From a virus (taxonomy: Duplodnaviria > Caudoviricetes), in IMG/VR virus record IMGVR_UViG_637000339_000002: a stretch of DNA of 64,000 bases. One strand, written 5' to 3'. The position numbers and the translations under genes were made by a program. Positions 1-11,244 of this stretch are shown one piece after another (position 1 is the stretch's first letter; each line of letters begins with the position of its first letter). Below the pieces are notes generated by a model, which was given only the letters and a program-made list of their open reading frames with translations, was not told the DNA's origin and did no database searches.

Positions 1-45
1 TTAAAGAGGGAATATGCTTGAATTTACTAGTTTCCGGACAACCTC
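1..45 (+). mobile_element. 3' end of an IS5-family element (ISWpi1-like), truncated by the window edge
   Basis: 1-45 is the reverse complement of the end of the IS at 35092-35136. It includes the transposase tail LKREYA* and the TIR GTTTCCGGACAACCTC, followed by TAA (3-bp target). Confidence 0.9.
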
Positions 46-969
46 TAAGATTTCTTCTTTCATCTTGCGAAAGAATTCTCTTCCGTCTTCATGTGTAAGA
101 AAACGTCTCCCTTTTTCTTTCAACCAATCTAGCATTTTTTCTTGGAAGCAAGCGTAAACATTCTGTCTATCAATATCATTAAATTGCTCGCCTAGCTCAC
201 TTTTGATAATATCCGCTAGTTTTATTTCATTGGGCTGATTTACTGCAAATACTAACTTATCAAAAAATTCTTTTATATTGTCTTCCAACCTACCTTCATT
301 CATCATTCGTCCAAATTCACGTTGCCACGTCTGATTTCTTTCCAATTTCCTTTTTGAGTTCTGATCTGGCTTGTTTTGGAGTTTTTTTATCTCCTCTTCT
401 AATTCTTCCATCGCTTCTTCTACAGCACTTTCAAATGCTGGTTGCACTACTGAAATCATGTTATTGTGAATATAAGAGAACTTATATCTAGTGCCACCAT
501 CTTTAAAAAAGACATCACTAGTGTCGATTACTTCAACTAAAATTTCTATTTCCTCGTTTGGTCCTAAAGTTTTTACCCTCAACTTCTTCACTGTGTTTCG
601 TGCTGTGCTTTGATCCAGATCAAAATCGATATTAGTACAGATAATAAAATCTTTCAGGTTACCATCTGCAAAATCTTGATTATTTTTGATCTTTAGGTAA
701 GAAACAAAATACTTTGCTAATCCAAACTCACCACTTTTATCTTTTGTAAGTAAGTTCCCTACTCCTATTTTCTTGTTATCTTCATCTTGTGTGTGTTTAG
801 CCTGCAAAAAACGGTATACTTTCTTACTACCTTGGGTACATTCAAATACTAAATCATCGAATTTTCTGGCCTCTTCTATTTCTGTACCTAAGCGAAAAGA
901 GTGCTGATAGAGCACTCCTCGATGCAAAAATAGCATCAATACCTTTAGCTGGTAGATATTACCGTGCAT
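46..969 (-). pseudogene. N-terminal part of a larger protein with a PD-(D/E)xK-like nuclease domain, interrupted by IS5
   Basis: Motif GNIYQ...KFDDLV...FLQAKH; GAGG RBS before the ATG. The last residues of the ORF (EVVRKLVNSSIFPL) are read from IS sequence. Confidence 0.6.
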
Positions 970-1218
970 AACTAGTTACCTCATACAGGCTGCTATAAAT
1001 TTGTTTGATCTAGAATTAAAGATTACCAAACACCTAAAATAATGCAATAGAGTCTTTATGTGTTGATAGAAAGGCCTTCGAGGGTAGGAATTGCCTGGCA
1101 AATTCTTAATTCTTGATTTAAAAAAGACTTTCCAAAGACTCCCCAAATCTAATATGTAATTGCTGTAGGCTGCATTTAGTAATATAATCTCATATTAAAT
1201 AAGACTTTACTTAAGTTT

Positions 1219-3879
1219 ATGCTAGATTCTCCGCTAATTTTGACAGCCATTCTTATATTTTTCATTTTTACGTTGTCATTCTTTTTTATAAGAAAGATAT
1301 TTGGGTCAACAAATAAGAAGATAATAAAATCCTTTAGGAAAATTGTTCAGCAAATAAATGCATTAGAAACAGAAATGCAGAGTTTATCTGATGAGGAGCT
1401 TGCTGGTAAAACTGAAGAATTCAAACAAGAATTGAAAAATGGGAAAACGTTAAATGATCTTCTCGTACCTGCATTTGCAGTTGTGCGTGAAGCCTCTCGA
1501 AGGTTTCTTAACATGAGGCACTTTGATGTTCAACTGATTGGTGGAATGGTGCTCCACAATGGTATGATATCAGAAATGAAAACAGGAGAGGGAAAGACAC
1601 TCGTTGCAACTTTAGCAGCATATCTAAATTCCTTAGAAGGGAAAGGCGTACACGTCGTAACTGTTAATGACTACCTTGCAAAACGAGACACAGAGTGGAT
1701 GAGCAAATTATATAATTCTCTTGGGGTTTCTGTTGCGTTTATTACGAATAACTTGACAGACGAAGAGAGGAAAGAGGCTTACAGTGCAGATATCGTGTAT
1801 TCCACAAATAACGAGCTTGCCTTTGATTACCTGCGAGACAATATGAAATTTTCTCAAGAAGACATGGTTCAGAGAGGCTTTCACTACGGAATAGTTGATG
1901 AAGTGGACTCAATACTCATTGATGAAGCTCGCACTCCGCTTATTATTTCTGGCCCGGTTGAGGAAAACAATCAGATATATAAGCATATCAATAAAATAGT
2001 AACCAAATTAGTTGACTCCGATTATGAAGTAGATGAAAAAGGTAGAACGGTATTCTTGACTGAAGATGGTATTTCACGAGTGGAGGAACTACTAAGGTCA
2101 TACAATCTCATTCCTGAAAATTCCTCGCTCTATGATACTGACAGCATGATAATGACTCATTATATAGACCAAGCATTACGTGCATATAAGCTGTTTACTG
2201 CTGATAAAGATTATATAGTAAAGGATGGCAAGGTAGTGATTATTGATGAATTTACTGGGCGTATGATGGAGGGCAGGAGATATTCCGATGGTCTTCATCA
2301 GGCACTTGAAGCGAAGGAGAATCTTGAAATTCAGCATGAAAACCAAACTTTAGCATCGGTCACATTTCAGAATTACTTTCGTATGTACAATAAACTTTCC
2401 GGAATGACGGGAACAGCAGCAACAGAGGCAGAAGAGTTTCGTGATATATACAGATTAAATGTAGTAAAAATTCCAACCAATGTACCTGTAAAAAGAGTTG
2501 ATATTGATGATGAAATTTACGGTACAGAAAAGGAAAAATTTAATGCTGTGTTGAAGTTTATAGAAGAATGCTACAAACGCCTTCAACCGGTCCTTGTTGG
2601 CACGGTGAGCATCGAAAACTCTGAGAAGCTTTCTGCGCTTTTGCAAAGCCATTCTCTTAAGCATTCAGTATTGAATGCTCGTTATCATGAACAAGAGGCG
2701 TACATAATAGCGCAAGCTGGGGTGCCAGGTAGTATCACTATAGCAACTAACATGGCAGGGCGTGGAACTGATATTCAACTCGGTGGAAATGCTGAAATGA
2801 TCGCAAAGGTAGAGCTAAAGAAGATAAAAAATGCTGATGAAAGAGAAAAAAAATACCAAGAAATAGTTGAAAGAGTAAAAAAAGATAAGGAAATTGCTAT
2901 AAAAGCTGGTGGTTTATGTGTGGTTGGAACCGAAAGACATGAAAGCAGGAGAATAGATGATCAATTACGCGGCCGTTCTGGTCGTCAGGGGGATCCTGGA
3001 CTTTCTAAGTTCTTTTTATCGCTCGAAGATGACCTAATGAGAATATTTGGCTCTGATAGAATGAGAAGCTTTTTACAAAAAGTAGGGTTAAAGAATAACG
3101 AAGCTATTCATCATCCATGGATCAATAAGGCACTCGAGAAAGCGCAAAAGAAAGTTGAAGCTAGAAACTATGACGTGCGGAAATCTCTACTTAAGTTTGA
3201 TGACGTAATCAATAACCAACGTAAAGTTATTTTTAAACAGAGAAACAATATCTTAGGCAACGAAATTAATGATTTACTTGAAGTATATAGCGAAGTAAAT
3301 GAGAGCGTAGTAGAAGGTATAATCCAAAGTGGCTATTATGAGGATTATATTGAAAATATAGTCAAAGAATTCCATACAAGGTATGGAATAACGCTTGATA
3401 AAGAAGACTTGGCAAAGTTTTTGAATAAACAAGAAGCTTTGAATTATATAAATGATAAGATACAAGAATTTTTTACTGAGAAAGAAAAATATTTCAACAG
3501 TCAGCACACTACAGATTTGTGGAATACGATCGTGAAGCAAATGATGATAATGACACTTGATCATTTATGGAGGGAACACCTTTCAGTTCTAGAGAGCCTA
3601 AGACAAAGCATAAGCTTACGTGCTATGGGGCAGAAAGATCCACTGAATGAATTTAAACGCGAAGCTTTCTTGATGTTTGAGTCAATGCTTGAAAAATGGA
3701 AGGAACTCACCATTCACCGCTTAGCACACTTTAAGTTGGCAGACAACCAAGAGATAGGCAATAGGTTACATTCTGCTAGAAATAGCAGACTTCCCAAAGT
3801 CTCAAGAAACGACAAATGTCCTTGCAACTCCGGAAAGAAATACAAACACTGCCATGGTGCGGTTACTGTGGTGAGCTAA
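1219..3879 (+). CDS. secA: Preprotein translocase subunit SecA
   Basis: [38 protein letters not shown], and C-terminal SEC-C motif [13 protein letters not shown]. Confidence 0.98.
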   Translation: MLDSPLILTAILIFFIFTLSFFFIRKIFGSTNKKIIKSFRKIVQQINALETEMQSLSDEELAGKTEEFKQELKNGKTLNDLLVPAFAVVREASRRFLNMRHFDVQLIGGMVLHNGMISEMKTGEGKTLVATLAAYLNSLEGKGVHVVTVNDYLAKRDTEWMSKLYNSLGVSVAFITNNLTDEERKEAYSADIVYSTNNELAFDYLRDNMKFSQEDMVQRGFHYGIVDEVDSILIDEARTPLIISGPVEENNQIYKHINKIVTKLVDSDYEVDEKGRTVFLTEDGISRVEELLRSYNLIPENSSLYDTDSMIMTHYIDQALRAYKLFTADKDYIVKDGKVVIIDEFTGRMMEGRRYSDGLHQALEAKENLEIQHENQTLASVTFQNYFRMYNKLSGMTGTAATEAEEFRDIYRLNVVKIPTNVPVKRVDIDDEIYGTEKEKFNAVLKFIEECYKRLQPVLVGTVSIENSEKLSALLQSHSLKHSVLNARYHEQEAYIIAQAGVPGSITIATNMAGRGTDIQLGGNAEMIAKVELKKIKNADEREKKYQEIVERVKKDKEIAIKAGGLCVVGTERHESRRIDDQLRGRSGRQGDPGLSKFFLSLEDDLMRIFGSDRMRSFLQKVGLKNNEAIHHPWINKALEKAQKKVEARNYDVRKSLLKFDDVINNQRKVIFKQRNNILGNEINDLLEVYSEVNESVVEGIIQSGYYEDYIENIVKEFHTRYGITLDKEDLAKFLNKQEALNYINDKIQEFFTEKEKYFNSQHTTDLWNTIVKQMMIMTLDHLWREHLSVLESLRQSISLRAMGQKDPLNEFKREAFLMFESMLEKWKELTIHRLAHFKLADNQEIGNRLHSARNSRLPKVSRNDKCPCNSGKKYKHCHGAVTVVS

Positions 3880-3967
3880 TAATTATGGTTATACAGTTTG
3901 TTTATTTCCATCAACATTACTGCATCTAACCTCACTTAGCTTACTGTTTAATGAGTGCTCTGATGAC

Positions 3968-4957
3968 TTATACGCAGCCCCATAGGAAATTCCACCAACT
4001 ATCAGTGCAGGATGCTACAGTAATTCCAATTATTGCTAGTGCAGGTAATGCAGTAGCGTAAACGAGTGCTAATGGAGTAACAATGGCAGCTAATATACCC
4101 ACAGCAACTCCTGCTGTTATAGCTTTAGATCTATGAATAAATGATGGATCTGCACCATCATTTAGTAGAAGTTTTGCTAGCTTTGGGTATCGACGCTGAA
4201 CAGCGTAGTGTAAAGGAGTTCTTCCTCCTCGATCTTGTATATTAACATCTGCTCCTTTTTTTAGTAAAACTTCTACTACTTGTGTGTGTCCATGCTTAGC
4301 AGCATTATGTAAAGGAGTTCTTCCAACTTTACTTTGCACATTAACATCTGCCCCTTTTTTTATAAGATGTTTTACTACCTCTATATGACCATTATTAGCA
4401 GCATCATGTAAAGGAGTTCTTCCAACTTCACTTTGCACATTAACATTAGTGCTTCTTCCCAATAGATTTTCTAATACCTGTGTATGTCCATACTTAGCTG
4501 CATAATGTAGAGGAGTTTCCCCATACCTATTTTTCAGATCGATATCTGCTTCTTTTTTTGACAAAATTTCTACTATTCGTATGTGTCCATGTTTAGCAGC
4601 AACATGTAAAGGAGCTTCTTTGCAATATCCATTTTTTATACCGGTTTTCGCTCCATTGTCTAATAGATTTTCTACTATTTGTATGTGCCCATGTTCAGCA
4701 GCAACATATAAAAGAGTCCTTTCATATTCTATAAAGAACCCTGTTAATTTTGTATCTTTAGCTATCATACGCAACATGATACCTGGTAAAAACAGGTGAT
4801 CTATATCAAACTTGTTATCTTTCCACCCGTTGTATACGCGTGGGTCCTTTTCCTGCAGCTTATCCTTAATTTTATCAATTATATTATCTTTATTGAAGCC
4901 TTGATCATTAATTTCTTGTAATATTTCCTTTAGCATTTCTTCAAATTCTGATCCCAC
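3968..4957 (-). CDS. Ankyrin repeat protein with C-terminal hydrophobic segment
   Basis: About 6 GxTPLH ankyrin repeats encoded by 99-bp tandem units; hydrophobic tail. Confidence 0.93.
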   Translation of the reverse strand: MGSEFEEMLKEILQEINDQGFNKDNIIDKIKDKLQEKDPRVYNGWKDNKFDIDHLFLPGIMLRMIAKDTKLTGFFIEYERTLLYVAAEHGHIQIVENLLDNGAKTGIKNGYCKEAPLHVAAKHGHIRIVEILSKKEADIDLKNRYGETPLHYAAKYGHTQVLENLLGRSTNVNVQSEVGRTPLHDAANNGHIEVVKHLIKKGADVNVQSKVGRTPLHNAAKHGHTQVVEVLLKKGADVNIQDRGGRTPLHYAVQRRYPKLAKLLLNDGADPSFIHRSKAITAGVAVGILAAIVTPLALVYATALPALAIIGITVASCTDSWWNFLWGCV

Positions 4958-5045
4958 TATTTCCTACCAAGCTATAAAACTTTATTAAGGCATATGAAGT
5001 GGATTATGTCAATGAAGAACTAAGAAACTGGTTCTTCTTTTTTTC

Positions 5046-5153
5046 TATAGCTTTAGGTTTACCTACAATTTGAAAAACAACAAATTCGTCATTCCGCTAC
5101 TCGTTAGCGCCGCGGCGGTATGATGTAGGGAAACCTTTCTTGGGTTAGCTATA
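5046..5153 (-). repeat. MITE with TATAGCT terminal inverted repeats and an internal GTCATTCCGCTAC palindrome
   Basis: Near-identical inverted copy at 7895-8027; this copy has internal deletions. Confidence 0.8.
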
Positions 5154-5294
5154 AAGTTAAAATTCGACCAGGGCAGCCGCAATAAGGTAGCAAACGCCAT
5201 CATGTCTTTAGGAGAGTTTGCTAATGAAGGCTCTTAAGTTGACGCCATTGCCTGAACGGATACGCCAATTTTTATGTTCATTTGTAACCGTCTA

Positions 5295-5936
5295 TTATTT
5301 TACACCCCAGTCTTTTTCAAATATTGCTAGCCCTTGGTCAGTAAGTGGGTGATTAACTAATTGTCTAAGTACTTTTGCTGGCACAGTAATTGAATCAGCA
5401 CCAAGCCTTGCAGCTTCTATTACATGCGCTGGGCTTCTCACTGATGCAACAAGAACTTTAGTATCAAAACCGTAATTAGAATATATAGTACATATATCTT
5501 CTATTAGCGATAAGCCATCATAGCTTATATCATCAAGGCGACCAACAAAGGGGGAAATAAAACAAGCACCGACCTTAGCGGCAAGCAGTGCTTGTCCAGG
5601 AGAAAAACATAATGTGATGTTAACAGGTATTTTATGCTCTGTCCATAACTTTTTACAAGAAATTAATCCTTCATGTGTAAGAGGTAATTTGATCACAACA
5701 TTATCAGCAATTTTTGCTAAATTCAGACCTTCTGTGATCATCTCTTCATGGCTATCTGCAACAACTTCAACACTAACAGGCCCTTTTATAATAGAGCATA
5801 TTTCACGCACTAAATCCTCGTATTTATCTTTACGCCCGGACTTTGCTATTAAAGAAGGATTAGTTGTTATGCCGTCAATGAACTCCTTTAGTCCTTTAAT
5901 TTCATTTAAATCAACGCTATCAAGAAAAATTTCCAT
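5295..5936 (-). CDS. tal: Transaldolase / fructose-6-phosphate aldolase family
   Basis: FLDS, GITTNPSL, VIKLP, SPFVGRLDD and ASVR motifs. Confidence 0.92.
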   Translation of the reverse strand: MEIFLDSVDLNEIKGLKEFIDGITTNPSLIAKSGRKDKYEDLVREICSIIKGPVSVEVVADSHEEMITEGLNLAKIADNVVIKLPLTHEGLISCKKLWTEHKIPVNITLCFSPGQALLAAKVGACFISPFVGRLDDISYDGLSLIEDICTIYSNYGFDTKVLVASVRSPAHVIEAARLGADSITVPAKVLRQLVNHPLTDQGLAIFEKDWGVK

Positions 5937-5972
5937 ATTAATCTCCTATAAAAAAAATACCCTTGCAAAATC

Positions 5973-6112
5973 TTGTCATCCTACCGCTTGACTTACAACC
6001 TTATGAACTTTCTGCGTTGTAAACATCAAACAGCCGATAACACAACTGTACAAATATTGAGACATAAGAGTAATTTGTACCAAGAAAAAAGATGTCATCC
6101 CAGTGCCCAGAC
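5973..6112. repeat. Wolbachia palindromic element (WPE)-like repeat remnant
   Basis: GTCATCCCAGTGCCCAGAC and ACAACTGTAC segments; related pieces at 13898-14014. Confidence 0.6.
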
Positions 6113-6420
6113 CCCTTAGACAATGTACCATCTTTTGATTTTGTCCATTCTGGGCGGGGTTTTCAAGTTCTTTGATCTTAAATACTACATCTACTTTATC
6201 AAGATCAATGTTGACTTCTTTTACTAATGTTCTAATAAGACTACGTTTGGCTTGCCAATCTAGGTCCGATTTAACACTAGAATAAAAGCCCTTTATGCTA
6301 TTTGTAATAAGATTCATTTTCTGCCGTATTCCCTTTTACCTTTTTCTTCTCTCCTTCAATCTCTTTTAAACGTTACTTCATTTTTTTTATTGCCTGCTTA
6401 AAGTCTTCCTTACTTATAGT
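6113..6420 (-). pseudogene. C-terminal remnant of a phage WO-type large serine recombinase
   Basis: DWQAKRSLIRTLVKEVNIDLDKVDVVFKIKEL...HCLRG. The upstream ISKEDFKQAIKKMK*RLKEIE segment carries stops and frameshifts. Confidence 0.65.
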
Positions 6421-6514
6421 TAGTGCATACTTTGTTGCCGTAAAAACTTCTGGTACCCAAACAATTGTAATAAGTATACACAATCTTTGTCAACTATTTT
6501 CGGCACTGGTATAT

Positions 6515-7725
6515 TGACCTTACCCAGAAAAAGTGGAGAGAAAGAAAGGAGTTTTTTCGGGTAAAATAAAATTTTGGAGGATTAGAAATGGTAAGAGAAT
6601 ATACGGCAGAATTCAAATTGGAAGCTGTTAAGCTGGCAAATGAACAAAGAAAGGTAGGTCAACCAGTTGCAAAAGTAGCAAGAGATCTAGGAATAAGGGA
6701 TAGTGTATTAGGAAAATGGATGAAGAAATATAACGAAAAAAAGTCAGCGGCAAATGCATTTCCAGGTAGAGGTAACATGGCTCCTTACGACAAAGAGAGG
6801 TTTGATTTACAAAGCAAGAGTAACAAGGGAAAGAGACATTTAAAAAAAAGCCCTGGCCAGTCAAAAAGAGTAAAATATTTTTTCATAAAAGAGCATAGTA
6901 AACACTATAAAGTGCAGGAATTATGTAGGGTTTTCTGCTAGTGGCTACTATAAGTGGACTACAAGGAAAATAAGCAGTAGAGAATCAGCAAATAAAGAGT
7001 TATTAGCAGATATTCAAAAAATATATCAAGCTTCTAAATGTAGATATGGAGCTCCTAAAATTCATGCTGAATTAAAGGCTTTGGGTAAAAGTTGCAACTT
7101 AAAAACAGTGCAAAGTATTATGCAGAAAAATGGTATTCAGGCTATATTGAGAAGAAAATTTAAAATTAAGAAACAACAAACGGACAGTAGCTCCCAATAT
7201 ATTAGACCAAAACTTTATTGTCGATCAACCAAATAAAGTATGGGATTACTTATATAAAAACCAAGGAAGGATGGCTATATTTGGCAACAATAATCGATCT
7301 ATATTCACGCATGGTAGTTAATGAGCAGTTCAATAAATAAACAATTGGTTATGGACTCTTTATTAATGGCCGTTAACAAGCGTAAACCTGCCAAAAATCT
7401 ACTATTACATAGTGATCAAGGTTCACAATATACTTCGCAAGGTTATCAATATCTCTTATCCATAAAAAACATAGATGAGTTATAAAGGTTGTTGTTACGA
7501 CAATTCTGTTGTGGAAAGCTTCTTCAGTTCTCTAAAAAGGGAGTTACCAATAGACACCTCTCGGCACTCTAAACAGCATATCAAAACTGCTATATTTGAA
7601 TATATAGAAATTTTTTATAACAAACAACGTCACTATTAACTATTGCATTCCTGAGCATTTTGATTCATCATTCTCTTTGTGAAAAACATTCCAAACTTTC
7701 TCTCCACTTTTTCTGGGTAAGGTCA
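6515..7725 (+). mobile_element. Degraded IS3-family element
   Basis: 30-bp TIRs TGACCTTACCCAGAAAAAGTGGAGAGAAAG and its inverse. OrfA HTH (EYTAEFKLEAVKL); OrfB fragments (RYGAPKI, LLHSDQGSQY, ESFFSSLK) with frameshifts. Confidence 0.9.
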
Positions 7726-7784
7726 GATACTATAAACTATAAAAAAATTTCTCCGATAGTTCATATAGCAAGTAAATTCACAAA

Positions 7785-8146
7785 ATGAAGACTATTATTT
7801 TTATTACAGGTGTATCTACGGTTGGAAAATCAAGTTTGGCTCATATATTAGGTTCAAAGCTTTTTATGCCTAGAAACTTTGCAATTCCACTAACTATAGC
7901 TAACCCAAGAAAGGTTTCCCTACGTCATACCGCCGCGGTATCTCAGCATAGATTCCGCTAACGAGTAGCGGAATGACGAATTTGTTGTTTTTCAAATTGT
8001 AGGTAAACCTAAGCCACTTTAGCTATACTTGTAGAGAAAAAAGAATAGATGATGATCCTAAATATTTAATAAATTTGACTACTGAGGAATTTCAAAAATC
8101 TCAATTTTTTATTAATTGTGATATGGTACATTCTATCTTCATATAG
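7785..8146 (+). pseudogene. Guanylate-kinase-like P-loop gene disrupted by a MITE
   Basis: Removing the MITE and one TA restores MKTIIFITGVSTVGKSSLA...IPLTTCREKRIDDDPKYLINLTTEEFQ. Confidence 0.6.
7895..8027 (+). repeat. MITE (TATAGCTAA...TTAGCTATA) with TA target duplication
   Basis: TIRs and internal palindrome; copies at 5046, 12549 (partial) and 14157. Confidence 0.85.
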
Positions 8147-8162
8147 CTTTCCTCTTCATACC

Positions 8163-9041
8163 TCAACTAATGAAATCAGAAGCATCAACTCCCTTTTGCA
8201 AGCAAGCAGCAATAACAGTGTTCATCATTAGAAATGCAATGGTCATTGGGCCAACGCCCCCGGGTACTGGGGTCATAGCTTTGGCTTTCCCTTTTATTCC
8301 TTCAAAGTCAACATCACCTACAAGCTTTCCTACGTTAACGCTATTTATGCCAACATCGATCACTATTGCACCTTTCTTTATCCAGTCTGCTTGAACAAAA
8401 TTTGGCTTTCCGACTGCTGCAACTACTATATCCGCTTTAGAGCAATATTCAGCTAAATCCTTGCTTTGTGAATGCAAGATGGTGACAGTGCAGTTTTCTT
8501 GCAATAGCAGGTAAAACATTGGCTTGCCCACGATATTTGACCTACCAATTACCACTGCGTTTTTACCGGAAAGGTTCTCTTCAATTGACTTAATTAAATG
8601 CAAAGAACCTTTAGGAGTGCAAGGTATAAGGCAGTTTTTTTCACCTTTAACTAATTTGCCAACGTTTTCATCATGAAAGCCATCTACATCTTTTTCAACA
8701 CTTACTGTGTTAATTACTCTGCTTGCACTAATATGATTTGGTAAAGGCAATTGCACTAAAATGCCATGCACAGATGGATCTTCATTTAATTCATTGATTT
8801 TTTCAATTAATTCATCTTCTAAAATATTATTAGGCAAAACAATGGTCTCAGAACTTATGCCTATTGATTCTGCTTTTTTCTGTTTGTTGCGAACATAAAC
8901 CTGACTTGCTGGATTGCTACCTATGAGAATTACTTTCAGGCAAGGAAAAATGTTATACTCTCTCTTTAAAATATCAATTTTTTGTGATAGCCTCTCACAT
9001 AGGTCGTTTGCTATTTTTTTACCATCAATAATAATTGTCAC
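8163..9041 (-). CDS. folD: Methylenetetrahydrofolate dehydrogenase/cyclohydrolase FolD
   Basis: IIDGK start (GTG at 9041), [29 protein letters not shown]. Confidence 0.96.
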   Translation of the reverse strand: MTIIIDGKKIANDLCERLSQKIDILKREYNIFPCLKVILIGSNPASQVYVRNKQKKAESIGISSETIVLPNNILEDELIEKINELNEDPSVHGILVQLPLPNHISASRVINTVSVEKDVDGFHDENVGKLVKGEKNCLIPCTPKGSLHLIKSIEENLSGKNAVVIGRSNIVGKPMFYLLLQENCTVTILHSQSKDLAEYCSKADIVVAAVGKPNFVQADWIKKGAIVIDVGINSVNVGKLVGDVDFEGIKGKAKAMTPVPGGVGPMTIAFLMMNTVIAACLQKGVDASDFIS

Positions 9042-9600
9042 TTCCTTGCCACTCCTTAAAGTCGGGTAATTTGATATCAAATAAATCCAATACTTTGCCA
9101 ACAGAATGATTAATAATATCATCCAACGATTTCGGTTTAATATAAAAAGCAGGCACTGGTGGAGCAATAATTGCTCCCATCTCCGTTAATTTTAACATAT
9201 TTTGTAAATGCCCAAGATGCAGTGGTGACTCTCGCACCATAAGAACTAACTTTCTTCTTTCTTTTAGCATTACATCTGCAGCCCTTGTCAATAGATTGGA
9301 AGTAACACCTGATGCGATTTCAGACATTGTCTTCATAGAGCATGGTGCTACAATCATCCCTGAGGTTTTAAATGAGCCGCTTGCTATTTTTTCTCCAATC
9401 TTTTCTTCAGAATAGTAAAAATCTGCAAGTGATGTAATATCTTCAAGTTTTTCTTTAATCTCGTGAGCTAAAGTTACTTTCCCAGCACGACTTATCACTA
9501 AATGAGTTTCATAATCGACGTCTTTCAACGCTTCTAAAATACGCACACCGTAAATAGAACCAGATGCTCCACTTATTCCAATTACAATTCTGCTATTCAC
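9025..9600 (-). CDS. ubiX: Flavin prenyltransferase UbiX
   Basis: [36 protein letters not shown]. Confidence 0.95.
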   Translation of the reverse strand: MNSRIVIGISGASGSIYGVRILEALKDVDYETHLVISRAGKVTLAHEIKEKLEDITSLADFYYSEEKIGEKIASGSFKTSGMIVAPCSMKTMSEIASGVTSNLLTRAADVMLKERRKLVLMVRESPLHLGHLQNMLKLTEMGAIIAPPVPAFYIKPKSLDDIINHSVGKVLDLFDIKLPDFKEWQGSDNYY

Positions 9601-9859
9601 TTAACTCTTCTTCGTAGCTCATTCCCAATGCACGTTTATAGGTATCAAGCAATATTTCTTGTTCCTCTCTGTCATCATCATCCATCTTCCTCAGCCTAAT
9701 AATTTGTTTCATCACTTTTATATCCCAACCTTCATCTGCGGCTTTTGCATATACATCACGAATGTGATCTTGCACATCCCTCTTTTCTTGTTCAAGTTTT
9801 TCGATTCTCTCTATGTAACCCTTCAACTCTTCAGCCGTTATTTTTACTGTATCTTCCAT
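9593..9859 (-). CDS. DUF2312 / GapR-family nucleoid-associated protein
   Basis: LKGYIERIEKLEQEK...IRDVYAKA...GWDIKVMKQIIRLRK...YKRALG. Confidence 0.88.
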   Translation of the reverse strand: MEDTVKITAEELKGYIERIEKLEQEKRDVQDHIRDVYAKAADEGWDIKVMKQIIRLRKMDDDDREEQEILLDTYKRALGMSYEEELSE

Positions 9860-9872
9860 GAAACTCCACTAA

Positions 9873-11156
9873 TTAATTGCTGCCACTAATATTACCAATT
9901 TTTACTTGCACTTCAACAACAGTAATAATATTTTTATCTTTTTTTAAAATCTTAAAGCGAAAACCATACATGGAAAACTCCTCGCCTTCGTCAGGAATGC
10001 GCTCTATTTCATTCACAATCATACCTGCTAGAGTTGTAGCTTCTTCATCAGGGAGATTCCAGTATAACTGCCTGTTAATGTCCCTAATAGTAGATTTTCC
10101 TTCTATGTGATACATATTATCAGATATTTTCTTTATAAAATTCTCCGTAATCAAATCATGTTCATCCGAAATTTCTCCAACTATTTCTTCCAGTATATCC
10201 TCAAGAGTTACAATTCCCTGCAGTGCTCCATACTCATCAATAACAAATGCAAGGTGTTTCCTGTTCTTACGGAAGTTGTGAAGTTGCACGCTGAGCGGTG
10301 TACTTTCTGGTATGAACCAAGGCCTTGACATAACTTGGGTAATGTCAACTTCTTCCGCTTTATTATTCTTTTCACGCAAAGCATTTATTAGAGCTTTCAC
10401 GTGAATTACACCTACAATGTTATCTGGTTCCTTCTGCCATAAAGGTACTCTACTGTGACTGCTGGTTAAAATCTCTCTTATTAACTCTTCTTTATTCCGA
10501 TCTATATCAAGAGAAAATAGGTTTCTTCTATGGGTCATAATTTGTGATATCTCTGTCTCAGCCAAATCAAGTATGCTGCTTAGCATATCTAAATCCTGTT
10601 GCAACATAGTTCCTTCACTGCGGTGAAGAGTAATCATATTACGCATTGCATCCGCTGCAGATATCACTTCCTTATCTTTATGCAGCCCACATAATTTTAG
10701 GATGAGGTTAACAATAAATTGAATACCTAGTGTCAATGGAGAAAAAATCTTTACAAAAAACAATACAAAATAAGCAGAAAATGATGCAAATTTTTCAGGA
10801 TTTTGAATAGCATAAGTTTTTGGTAGAACTTCGCAGAACAATAAAATACAAAATGTCATTATAATTGTTGATAGGAGAATGCCCTCATTTCCAAAAAGAT
10901 TGATAAATATTGCTGTAAATAAAGCAGAGCAAGTAATATTAATAATTGTATTGCCGAGCAATACCGTTCCTATTGTCAATTCTTTCCTATTTAATAAGCG
11001 ATCTATTACCCTGGCTTTTTTGTTACCGTCTAGCTTTAGCTTATTAACTCGAGAACGGCTAATTGAGGTTAAGCCTATTTCTGCTCCTGAGAACAAAAAC
11101 GATAAAACTAACAAAACAAAAATTGCTGATGATACTAAGACCAATAACCAATCCAT
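9873..11156 (-). CDS. HlyC/CorC (CNNM-CBS) Mg/Co transporter family
   Basis: FSGAEIG, EVLPK, HSRVP, IDEYG, LEDILEEIVGEISDEHD. Confidence 0.93.
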   Translation of the reverse strand: MDWLLVLVSSAIFVLLVLSFLFSGAEIGLTSISRSRVNKLKLDGNKKARVIDRLLNRKELTIGTVLLGNTIINITCSALFTAIFINLFGNEGILLSTIIMTFCILLFCEVLPKTYAIQNPEKFASFSAYFVLFFVKIFSPLTLGIQFIVNLILKLCGLHKDKEVISAADAMRNMITLHRSEGTMLQQDLDMLSSILDLAETEISQIMTHRRNLFSLDIDRNKEELIREILTSSHSRVPLWQKEPDNIVGVIHVKALINALREKNNKAEEVDITQVMSRPWFIPESTPLSVQLHNFRKNRKHLAFVIDEYGALQGIVTLEDILEEIVGEISDEHDLITENFIKKISDNMYHIEGKSTIRDINRQLYWNLPDEEATTLAGMIVNEIERIPDEGEEFSMYGFRFKILKKDKNIITVVEVQVKIGNISGSN

Positions 11157-11244
11157 TAAAGTACGATGTTATTGTGATAAAAAATAAAATTAATTTTACA
11201 TGTTATGAGAGGCATTTGCAAGCCTGAATTTATATTGCCGAATT

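Noticed and set aside
1219-3879. secA as a phage eukaryotic-association-module secA
   Set aside because: Normal-length housekeeping SecA with SEC-C, among core genes.
4200-4560. Regular ~99-bp repeats as a CRISPR-like array
   Set aside because: They are in-frame ankyrin repeats; no CRISPR, tRNA or rRNA was recognised in the window.
9042-9167. N-terminal extension of folD in the ORF track
   Set aside because: It overlaps ubiX; homology begins at GTG 9041.
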